Below, piece by piece: positions 10,521-21,200 of a stretch of 64,000 nucleotides of DNA (positions are counted from its first letter, which is position 1; each line of letters starts with the position of its first letter). The position numbers were made by a program, and so were the translations under genes. The stretch spans positions 1 to 64,000 of the forward strand of contig NIVC01000024.1 of the NCBI GenBank assembly GCA_002269645.1, read 5' to 3'. This stretch comes from Macrostomum lignano. Lineage: Eukaryota. The notes beneath the pieces were generated by a model. That model ran no database searches, was not told the DNA's origin, and saw only the letters and a program-made list of their open reading frames with translations.

Positions 10521-10618
10521 CATTCCATTTAGACCAGATTTTAGACCAAATTTTTGAAAACGAAAACCAAAACGATAGTCTAGTTTTGTTTGGTCTAAAA
10601 TCTGGTCTAAATGGAATG
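10521..10618. repeat. Perfect 30-bp inverted repeat with 38-nt spacer
   Basis: CATTCCATTTAGACCAGATTTTAGACCAAA (10521-10550) is the exact reverse complement of 10589-10618. Confidence 0.95.
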
Positions 10619-10700
10619 TTGGGTGGGTAGGTGAGCTGACTATAAATAGCTTCTATTCTTTCCGACCCTTCGCGCCTGCGGCGCGGGCAAGGGGTTATAG

Positions 10701-10971
10701 AGTAGTAGTATAGAAAAAGACGCTTCTAGATCAGACCTTATTTTAATGGCCGTTTGTAAGGTCTTAAGAGGGGGGACGCGAGGGGGGTGTTAGGGAGTGT
10801 TTGGAAGTGTTGGGAAGTGATTTTTATTGTTAGGGGTGATTATGGGTGATTAGATGTGTTAAGGGTGTTTAGATGTGTTTTTTTATTTACCCCCCGTGTC
10901 CCCCCTCTAGACCCTTAAAACGGTCATTAAAAAAGTGCTCTGGGTCTAGAAGCGTCTTTTTATATACTACT
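10701..10971. repeat. Polinton terminus plus a diverged internal inverted copy (about 100-bp arms)
   Basis: 10701 AGTAGTAGTATAGAAAAAGACGCTTCTAGA... aligns with the minus-strand read from 10971, AGTAGTATATAAAAAGACGCTTCTAGA... Homology extends through TTTTAATGRCCGTTT and GAGGGGGGAC. Confidence 0.85.
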
Positions 10972-12140
10972 GTGGATGAAGGCTTGAAGGGGGTCCCTGA
11001 GGACTGCGGGTGATGGTCCAGCCACAGTGGCAATAAAATCGGCCGCATAGCCGACCTTCTGAACTGGGTCCGAATGCGGGCTGCAAAGCAGCTCGTCCAT
11101 GACTAAATTCCAGAGGATCGGGCTGAGGACTCCACCTTGCGGTCCGCCTTTCTGGACTTACACGGGGCGGGAGTGTCCCAGGAAGTGCGAAGTGGCAGTA
11201 CGATGGGAGACCATGTACATGATCCAGCAGGTAAGGTGCTCGAGCGTGCCCCGGGATTCCAGGGCCCGCTTAAAGGCTTCAAAAAGCACATTATTGAAAG
11301 CACCATCAATGTCGAGGAAAAGGGACAGCGCGTATTCACTGCCAAGCACAGCGCTCTTGCTTGTCGACAATGGCGTGCAGCGCACTTTCGATGGAGCGTC
11401 CAGGACGAAAGGCGTGTTGATTGGGGGAGAGCGGGGAGTTCCTCAGCTCTACGAGGAGGAGGCGCCAGAGCACCAGCCGTTCCATCAGTTTGAGGAAGAA
11501 ATACGTCAGACTGATAGGGCGGTAAGCTTTGGCAGAATGATAGTCTCCCTTCCCTGGCTTAGTTATGAAGACTACCGTAGCCTCTTGCCAGGCTTTTGGC
11601 ACGTACCCGAGGGTAATGCTGGCCTTGAAGAGATTGCAGAGGAGGCCGAAAAACCTGTCATTTTTAACTGCCTCATAAAGGAAAGCAGGATAAATGTTGT
11701 CAGGTCCTGGTGACTTGAAAGGAAAGAAGGATTTTGCGGCGCGAGCCGTCCTTTCTTTAGTAATGATGGTCGAAGCCAGGATCTGTCCGCCCGGAGAGTG
11801 GTCCGGTGGGCCTAGCTGCTGCGCGGCACGTGGGAAAGAGCTGGTGAGCATGATGTCCAGCGATTCCCCAGGGTTCTCAGCGAGCCGGCCGTCCGGTCTT
11901 TTAATGACTGAGAGCTTTGACATTTTGTCGAGGGTGAGAGCCTTAACCACGCGTGAAGTAGGGCGGGTGCCTTCTAACTCCGCGCAGTATTGGCGCCATT
12001 TGTCGGACTTGGCTTTCCTGGTTTCACGCTTAAAGTCGCGGATCGCTTCTTGGTAGGCGGCCAGGTCAGCTGGGTCCTTGCTCTTGCGAGCTTTCCGCTG
12101 GAGGCACTTTGCCTTGCGCCGGAGGGATCCAAGAGCCAGG
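10972..12140 (-). pseudogene. Reverse transcriptase part of ORF2 (frameshift, stop, YAAD)
   Basis: Motifs as above, spread over ORFs 11336-12313 and 11158-11385, with an in-frame TAA near 11158. The frame runs ...LQAFIH directly into the Polinton terminus. Confidence 0.9.
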
Positions 12141-13279
12141 TTGTTGTTGAGCTGCGCCCGTCCAGTGCTTGTGCACTTTGCCCTTGTTTTTCTTGTTGTT
12201 ATTTTTGCATGCCACCCCGCCCCGTCCCCCGTCTCGCGCCCGGGGCCAGGGTTTGTGAGAGGCGTAAGCCTCAACCCTGGCCTAGCCTTTTCTGCACCCA
12301 GCCCCCTGTCCAATTCCTGTCCAATCTGGGTGTTGCCCTACCCCTCCCTCTTTGCCCCGTCTCACCCTGGGGCTACTCGCATTGGCTGGCTGGCTGATAA
12401 GCCGGCTGGGCCCCAGGGTTTGGCTCGCCCTCTCCTATCTGCCCCACCCCTTCCCCTAAAGGGGGGTGTAATATTGTACACCCCCCTTTTGTGTACAATA
12501 TTATTTAAGGGCCCGCCCTGAGCGTGCTGCGCCCCACGTGTTCGTATTACTTTCCGTTTCTTCGGTGTCATTCTGAGAACCTGCTCTCTGCAATCTGATA
12601 ATTCGTTTGCAAACCCCGTAATCGCTGGTTATCTGCTTCGCGCCGCATACCGAGTCTCGCCAATAAACGCTTCGCCAATCAAACCTATCTAAATATACTA
12701 AATCTCTAAGGTTTGTATGTTTGTCCATAAGTCTCTAAACGCAGAGGTTGTTGTGTTGAGAAAGTCAGACTGAATTTAGGGGTACACACGAACTTAGCCC
12801 AAGTTGGCCTATCGACTGGTATATTTATACTTATATATTCATTTAGCTGCGACAGATCAATATCGGAAAACAGATGTACATAGCATATGTACATATCTGC
12901 AAACCAACTACACAACAGAGGTGAGCGCGTGTTTTCGTCTTTCGGGTTGCTGCGTGGGGCCGGGAGCTGGTATGGACCTGGGACCGGTGAACACTCGCTG
13001 ATCTCAGGGTGGTCGGTCCGGCGAACTCTCGCCAAGCCGAGCCTTAGGGTGCGTAGGAGTAGCCGGGGTAGAGGGCTGGGACCGGGGTGTCTCAGGCGGG
13101 AGGACCCGAACCCTGACCCGTCCAGCGGCCATTAGGTCGAGACACAATACCTTTCTTGGTCCAGGGCTCCTGGAGTAGGATGATGCCCGGTTTCACGAAG
13201 TTTGCCACCTGCATCAGGTTGGTCGAAGCCGCGATGCAGTGGTGTAGGTTTAGCTGCAGGATGTCCACTCCGGGGAATC

Positions 13280-14758
13280 CACGAGTGGTCCGCGCAGCTT
13301 TCTGCCGGCTCAAGGCGAGTTGTGCAGGAGAGCCGCCTCTTCTGCCTCGCCGATAGCTCCAGGCTCCAGTTCCATGGGCTCCTCCCGGATGGACTCCATG
13401 GTCGAGGGCGGGGCCGCCACCGGTTTCGGCCCGGTTTTCCGGGTGCCGCAGTGGTGACACTAGGCTGAGGGTTGCTGCGGTTGTTTGCCTTAGCGGTGTC
13501 CAGCAGCTGCTTCGCGCTGAGTCAGACCAGAGCAGATAGTGTTCCGGGCGGGTTTCCAGCCCTTTCCACGTCCGCCTGTTGCTGCAGCTTTCGCGGCTTC
13601 CCCCTGACAGGGTCCACGTCCTCGGAGGGGTCGTGACGAACGGGAGCTTCTTTTCCTGGGCGTTTCCGCCCGGAAGAGCCCTGCTCGCCCGCTTACGCTT
13701 CTCCGGGGGCGGTGGACGGGTGGCGTCAGACTCAAAGCTAAAGAGCTGAATCTGCATCAGCCTGGCAGAGATGATGGACATGTCCGGATAGCGGAGCATC
13801 CAGCTATCCGACAGTCCAAGAATAGCCGTGAAACCGTCTTTGCCCGGCTTGGAGATGGTCTCGTGAACTACGACGCCATTGGCTGGTAGCTCCGGGTTAG
13901 TAGCCACTAGCAGGCGACGCAACTCGTCGGCCTTGGTGATGGAGCTGCGAGACGGAATCCAGGCACGGTGCCGGTGTGTCCGGGGTCGCTCGTCCTCCCT
14001 GTAGATAAACAGGTTTTCCAGCTCCGTACCCCAGTCGAAGGTTTTCAGCATCTCGAGGAGCTGCTGCCCAGACTGGCTGTCGGCGGGCTGGATATGGAGG
14101 GCTTGGTCCTCGACTTTTGTCTTTTGGACGGGAATAGCGGTACCGCTCAGGGCTATCTTGACCAGGTGGGAGTCCAACCTGCGCCAGATAAGGTCGAGCT
14201 GTTTGGCCGTAAGAGTCGTCTCCTGGCCTTGAATGATCAGGGCCGGCTGCCTCTTGGTCATAGCCGCATAGGTGCGTTTCGGCTTGGTGGTTTGGCCAGC
14301 ACCCCGCTTTGGATCCCTTCACAGCCGTGGGAGCTTCCACACGGACAGAGGTCCCGCCACGGGAGGGGTCAGCCGCACCAGGAGCTTCAGCGGCACCTGA
14401 CGCTTCTGACCGGCGCGCGGGGTCCGCCCCCTTGTCGGATGTCGGCTCCTCCGCGGGATTCGCAGAGTTACCGGCACCCTCCTCGGAGGTGGCCGGAGGG
14501 GCGGCTTTCGCATTCCTCCGTTCCTCCGCTTTGCGCTTGAGAAAAGCTTTGTAGCGAGCAATGCTACGGGCCTTCTTCTTAGAGGGCTGAGGTCCGCTGT
14601 CCTGTTGTCCAGCCACTTCGGTTGTCCTGAGCGGCGGCAGGGGCTGACTGGGAGGCACCGGGGGTTCCGGTGTTGCGAATATCCGGCTGGGCCGCGGTAC
14701 CAACCTCGGTTGGTGCTCCAGCAGCCTCGGACGTGGCGGAGGTAAAAGAATACTCCAT
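13280..14758 (-). pseudogene. ORF1 (gag-like) of the LOA-like element, frameshifted; 3' boundary approximate
   Basis: ATG at 14758. Low-complexity basic N-terminus, then QPALIIQGQETTLTAKQLDLIW...; lies directly upstream of the APE start. Confidence 0.65.
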
Positions 14759-16340
14759 GAGTCGCTGAAAGGCGAATGGGAACTAGAGGTGAGAAGCTTC
14801 TGGGCCGCAACCCCAAACCCAACAGCCAGGCCAAGAGGTAGCGACCGGGGGTGGCTTAAGCCCTTACCGGCCCGACCGCTAGCAACCGAGAAACTCCCCG
14901 GCTAAGAGCCCGGCTTGGAAAGAAACCAGAGGCCGAACCAAAGGTCCGGTACTACACTGGGCCCTTGAGGGAAGCAGGAGGACTGCCTCCGGAGCCTGCG
15001 GACTGGCCGCATACCCTGTTAAGGTCAGAGGGTGATACCTGTTCCTCAGAGCCGTGGCCAGAGGTATCTGATACGCACAGGTTCACTTCCGGGCGGAGCC
15101 CGTACCCAAGTCGGCCAGCAGGCTACGGGTGGGTTGCCGCCGCCGGAGCCCAGTCAGTCCAGCAGCCCTAGAGCTGCCTTGAACACATGCGGGGCGTGAA
15201 TCCCTGGGTCGGCTTGTGAGTCAGCTTGGAGAGAGTTCTCCTGCCATTCCTGCACCAGAATAGAGGGGGTGCAGGTGTGTAGGATCGCAGACCTTACCTC
15301 GTAAGCCTGATCTGTCTCATGCTACACAGGCGTGCTGAGCCCACCATTGCCTGCAATTCACACCTTCACGGTTTCTTTATCTTACGGCTAACGCTTGATG
15401 CCTAATTTCTAGCGCCTAATTTCAGCCTTCAAGGCTTAATCTCCCAACCTGAGTCTGCACGATTTTGTTAGTCCCTATTCTGAGTCTACGACTTCAGTAT
15501 AGTACCTAAATTCCAAGTATTTCCTATTTTGAATCTCTACGACTTCGACATTCCATATTCCAATTATTTCATATTTTTGGGCTTTTACGCCTCTGTTCGA
15601 ATCACGCTTGAAATGGTTAAGACTGTAAAATTTTCTCTCGATTTAGTAAAGGCTGTATTCTTCCAAAATTCTTTTTTACCCAAACAGGGCCTATATATAA
15701 TAATATACTAAAATCATGGTAAACCGCCATTGGCTGACGTACAGTAAAACAAAAAAGACGATTTATAACAAAAGGGATAATTTTAACAAATGCGAAGTAT
15801 CTTAACAAAATTTAGATAAATCCTATGATTGGCTAGAAGAGTAAGGCGCAAATACGACTACTTGTAGTAGTAATACATTAAGAAATATTTAGCCCCTACT
15901 GCAGTACGAATAGGCAAACGATGTTCTCCACGTTTGACACACAAATTAGTATAGCCTGAACTATGGGCCTATTCACTTTTTGTAACCCTCACTAAATTTT
16001 TATATAAAGCTCTGCTATGAATGTTAATTTATATTTCATTTATGTTATATTTACTTCCACTGTATATGTACATGTTATAAAATTATACATTCACAAGACA
16101 ATTTGTGTAGGACGACGAATTCTCTGTGGCGATCGCAGAATTAAGTTTTAGTCACAGACAACCATATGTGATGAATGTGGCTCCCTCAGCCGGCCCTCAT
16201 GAATTGTTTTGCCCCCTTGTACTATATATTCCATGCCCTGCGACAGGCGCACTCACTACTAACACTTACATGTATACCACGACTCCTGGTAAATAAGTAA
16301 ACAGACAAGCAACAGAGTTTAATGGCTAAATGCCCTGAAT

Positions 16341-17082
16341 TGTTGGCCCTAAACTTGGCCCTAACAGTTTGGTTTATTATTAAAGCGAAATACTCGTAGG
16401 TAGGTTAAGACAGAACATTAGGAGATGTGAGCAGCAATGGGTCGGGAGGAGACAGCAGGCTAATGCGACCCAAGGGCAGCGCAACAGAGGAAAAATACCT
16501 TAACAGACGCGGCCGACGGCGGTGGTCGTCGGATGGTCACGGCGGCTGCAGTCATGGGCGACCCGGAAGTCTCGTATTGGGTGTTGTGTTAGGGGAAGCC
16601 GCAAACGATGGGGAAGGAAAGGATAGCTAGCGGGTGCTTTCGAGTATTGGGAAGATCCTGAGGATAGAGGAGCAATCAAAGTATTAAAGGGCGAGAGTCG
16701 ATCCAGTCCAGAGAAGGTGGGTTTTCACAAACTCGAAATTTTGACCTTGTGAAAGTGGCTTCTATGGGTTTTCGACCTTGTGAAATTTCGACTTTATGAA
16801 GTCCCTTGCTAGAATTTTTGTTGTTGTGAAATTTCAACCTTGTGAAAGCATCCCCCCAGAGAAAAGATTGGAAGAGTTGCCCATTCGGGTGCTGAGTTTC
16901 TCAGGGAAGGTTTGGTCTCGTTAGCAAACAGAACAACACAAAGGACTGAAGCCCAGACAACAGCACAGCAAAGTAAAGGGTAAAAGATAAGGTAAAATTT
17001 TCCGCTCAAGGCTTAAACAGGTTCCTATTTATAGCCCTGAGATCACGCGTCACGCGATCACGTGAGCGTGTGATGTGTGACA
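16341..17082 (-). mobile_element. Probable solo LTR (742 bp including a nested MITE)
   Basis: TGT...ACA ends. On the minus strand there is CTATAAATAG near the 5' end (17025-17034) and AATAAA about 33 nt before the 3' end. Flanks CTGAAT/TTGAAG match only 4 of 6. Confidence 0.45.
16716..16855. mobile_element. MITE with GG-ended TIRs and 8-bp TSD (same family as 55692-55997)
   Basis: TSD CCAGAGAA at 16708-16715 and 16856-16863; ends GGTGGGTTTTCACAA and TTGTGAAAGCATCCCC. Confidence 0.7.
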
Positions 17083-18295
17083 TTGAAGGCTGAGACCTGT
17101 CCTTGGACATCCATTACAAACAACCCTAATGACGTCACCTGCGCCGGCAGACGCGCTGTGATTGGCCGAGAAATCGGGTAGGGGCACAGCAGAGAGAAGT
17201 GATTAATGATGGGGGATTACGTAACAGGTGGGGAAAGCTTGGAGAGACTGGAGGTCGTGTAAAGCTGTCCCTCTCATGATTTATTTGAGGTGGGTGTTGG
17301 TGCGCGGGGGAGTGGGACGGGCGATAAGCATGCGCATGAGTCCCCATGCATGTACATGTAGCAACAGTACCTAACTACCCTTTAAAACTGCCCTTAGCAG
17401 GGCAACAAGACTGAATCCGACTCAAGGCTTCTCAATTCTTACTGTGGTCAGACATTTGTGCGAGTAGCGGTTCTGTAAGTGCACCTTGATTTACTGCACG
17501 ATCGATCAGCCTTGAGCTCGCACCTGCATATTACGCTCGTTTACCCAAAAAATGGCTTTGACTTATTATTGACTCAAAAGACAGTCTCTACAGTAAATAA
17601 GTTCCCCAGTGTTTACCATCGTGATCCCGTTCGTGTTGCTATGGCGAATGAATGAGACATTAAATTAAGCGCTGTTGATTTTGGTCCATCATTCGCAGTC
17701 GCTTGGCTTGCTTAATGCAAATACTCCAATATTTGCACGATTAATTCTCGTTTCTTTTCAGGGGTATTGACTCCGATAGGGAAAATGGATAGATTATAAA
17801 GCTTTAAACTATAGCCATTGGCTCATGGCATTGTAGCTAATAGTTTAGTATATCACATTTTATCAACGGATTGCATTTTACTGGACTTAAAAAACCTCTT
17901 AGACATTTTGCTGACGGCTATGACCACTGATCGACTGCATGGCTGAATCAGGTAAGAATTTAAGAGCTCAAAAGATTACATATTTAAATAGTTTATAACA
18001 GTTCATACGGAAACACAAACGGTATGGTATAGAAGTGGCCAATCGAACACCAAAACTTTATGACACTAAAAAAAACTAAATGCAGTTATAGTTATAAGCA
18101 TCCACTGAACCTAGCTGAAACTGAAACTGAAACTACGATACATTCAAAATGGTGTTCTTTCTTACTGGAACTCGCAATAGCCATTGCTACAGTAGATAGC
18201 TCAATAGCAGCTGTGCTGTGAAAATAATTGAAGCCCAACCGACATCTCAATTGGTAGAGCCGCACAGCCCCTCTACCATCAGCAGCTGCTCCCAG

Positions 18296-21200
18296 ATGCT
18301 CCTACGCCAACAGCTCAGCCAGTTCGCCACGGAGACAACCGCCCACGGTTTAAATCGCCTAGTGACGGGTAATCGACCAACTCACCTGAAATTTTTGTGG
18401 GCTCTGGCTTTTCTCGCGGTGTCCGCACTATTTGGATATTGCTTATTCAACTCGGCCGTGAAATACGCTAGCGGGGCACACAGCACATCTCTGTACAAGG
18501 ACTATATGAACTTTGTTTTTCCCGACGTGTACATCTGCCCATGGAACATCTTCTCCGGTAGCTACTCGATGAGCTTGAACGCAACTGAGGCCGAATACCT
18601 AAGATCTAGAATTGATCTACTGATGAATCAGTTTGAGCCTCATTACAAAGACATCTATGTACTGATGCGAGCTGTGCTGAACTCGCTACCAATTAAACTG
18701 GTTGCAGACTTGCTGGGCCATCGCACTGAGCAAACAGTCCTGTGGGCTATTGCAGTCAACAATCCACTGGCTCCTCTGACAGTTGAGCCGTTCTACTACA
18801 CAAACGGAATGCGTTGCACCAAACTGGTGCTGTCGGATGCTTTAAGAGATGCTCTGAGAGATCCAGCAAACGCTGTGCAATTCTACTTGAGCGTCGACAG
18901 TCACATGCTGCAGTTTCCCAGTGATCTAAATAACCAGATATTCTACTCCAGAGCTAATAGCAACGCAACCGTGACGCCAACACAGTGGAGCTATCTTGAC
19001 GGCCTGGATTACATGAAGCCAGCCGCTCTGAGGCTGTTCTTAACGGAGCCGGGGACTTATCCCAGTGAGCTGAGCTCTGCCTCGGTGCTGCTCAGGCCCG
19101 GTACATTCACTGAGCTGGGCATCTCAATGCTCCAGACCGAGATGGACCACAAGATGCTGACTGACGAGTGCTTGCCAGATGAGGGACAGGTCCGCTTTTA
19201 CAACCCTTACTCGCCTGACCAGCCCTATAGCAGCCGGTACAGCTACGACTACTGCTATTACGATGGTGAGTTTATTTTGTTTTATTCGGAATGAAAATTC
19301 AGACATAGGAGACAGATCCAGTGTTCATCTTTTGATATGTTGTGCCTTTCTTATTGCTCTATCGATATTCATAAAGCTTTTTGTTTAAAGAATTAGGATT
19401 CTATGTTAATTTTTATTCTACGTACATTTCCTGCACCTAACAATCATAAAATGCATGGCACAGCTCCAATATTTGGTTTTATGAATCTATTTTATCATCT
19501 CTGTTACAAATATTTGTTACACAGTCAGCTAAGAATGATAAAATAGACTCAGAAAAAATAGAGCTGAGCCGTGCCATTTTAATGGTTTTTAGGCTTTAGT
19601 TTTTAGTTGTAATGCTTAACATAGAATTTTCATGTTAAATTGGTCTTGTCATTATTTTAAACGTTTTTTTCAAGTGAACAGACCAATTTAACATGAAAAA
19701 TCGATCAATGAGTCGTTAGAGCAGCATGTGAGGCACAAAATAGTGTGATTAGAACTTTCTCTGACCCTGTTGAGAGACCCAATCACTGAATGTTCCTGTC
19801 GCGCTAGGACGAGCTTCTACTGTCGACATCAGAGCAAGCGATCTCAACTTATTTTCATTACAAATTTCGATGCTAACTTAATTATTAAAAGCTTAAAACA
19901 ACTTGAGTTGGTATACTCTAATGAACGCATAGCGATGAAACATAAGTGCACTATCAATCAAACTATGCACCGAAGAAAATCAACTTCTTTCAACTTGAAT
20001 TGTCCATGGCGACCAGTGTTGGGCAAAGTTCCGGCACTTCCGGCACTTACTTTTTTTAAGCGGCACTTTTTCCGGTTTTTTAGAATGCCGGACTTGGGTA
20101 ACGGAAGTTACTTTTTAATAAGTCCGGTCCTCCGGTACTTGAACATGAAATTTTAGGTGCCAAACAGTCAATTTAGCACTAAAATATTTCCTTAAAGCAC
20201 AAAACTTTCATCAAAATACTCGTATTACAATTATAAGAAGGTAAAACAAGAGATGGTCCTAAGTTCGTGTGGTTTTTCTTTTTTAGGTTCATAGCGGATC
20301 ATAGAATCATAGAATAAAGTAATTATTGGTAACTACTAATGCTTAACAAGACACTTTCAAAACAATGAACATCCTTTAACAATTCCTTGCAAGTTTTCTA
20401 ACAAGGATAACTAGCAGTACATCAGGAAGCTACACTCGTGATTCGTGGAAAATATTTTGAAGGCCGATTTCTTTATTTAGATGTTCGTGCAGGACGACAC
20501 GAGTGATGTATTCTAAGAGAGTTTTTTGACTTTTAACTCTGAGGCTAATTATAATTTTTTAATTGCAGAGCATGGCACTAATTAAGTTATTTATCTTTTC
20601 TCTTAATTGTTAACTGACATTTCCAAGGCTGCCAGAAGATTATCATTGATTCTAGATGAGTCAGCATTCCAAAAGTATACTTACAATACTGTAAAAGTAT
20701 AGCTGCTACTACAGCACAATACCATGTAGTAGGGCGACGAGAATTACTCAAAAAATTAAAAATCGTCTGGAGTATTCTACTAATTGTGACACACCTTTCG
20801 GACAAAAAATTATCTCCATACTTCTGAAGATTCAGAATCAAAATTTGAAAATCGGCCTCCAAATTTTTTTCTACGAATTGCGAGTGTAGCGTCCTGATAT
20901 ATCAGATACTGATATTCCTTGTTTTGTAAAGGTTTTGTTTGTTTCCTTAAATTTTGGATGCGATAATAATAAAAATATTATGTTGCATCTTTATTTGAGG
21001 AATAACAGCATGTATAACTCTCGGCTAACACATACTTTTTGTTTTTTTTACAAAGACATGTTTAAACACTTTTTAATTGGCGGTTATTTAAAATTAGAAA
21101 GGACCGGTAGTGGAAGTACCGGAAGTTCCTTTTTATAAAAAGTACCGGTACCGGAACAAGTGCCGGAAGTTACTTTCCTTGGAACCGGAAGTTACTTTCT

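Larger units (their letters stand above)
1..10971. mobile_element. Polinton/Maverick (adintovirus-like) endogenous dsDNA virus, right-hand part; continues off the left edge
   Basis: AT-rich, gene-dense block with protein-primed PolB, adenain-type protease and a penton-like C-terminus. It ends ...TATATACTACT at 10971 (5'-AGTAGT on the minus strand, a typical Polinton terminus), followed by an abrupt switch to GC-rich retrotransposon sequence. Confidence 0.95.
10972..15400 (-). mobile_element. LOA/R1-like non-LTR retrotransposon, degenerate, cut after the RT catalytic motif; 5' boundary approximate
   Basis: GC-rich. ORF1 remnant, APE start DILQLNLHH...LLQEPW, and RT motifs KSPGPD, YRPISL, QHAFRPGRS, FLDIDGAFNNV, PQGGVLSP, GYAAD (degenerate YADD). 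Confidence 0.85.

Noticed and set aside
1-10971. Integrase, packaging ATPase and major capsid genes
   Set aside because: Not visible in this window; neither their presence nor their absence can be claimed.
10695-10977. 6-bp TSD around the 270-bp fold-back unit
   Set aside because: Flanks TTATAG and GTGGAT do not match, so it cannot be called an independently inserted element.
11099-14554. Plus-strand ORFs over the retrotransposon
   Set aside because: Antisense shadows of GC-rich coding sequence; no motifs.
15020-15060. Hammerhead core CTGAGGA in the LOA leader (minus strand)
   Set aside because: No downstream stem II-GAAA arrangement.
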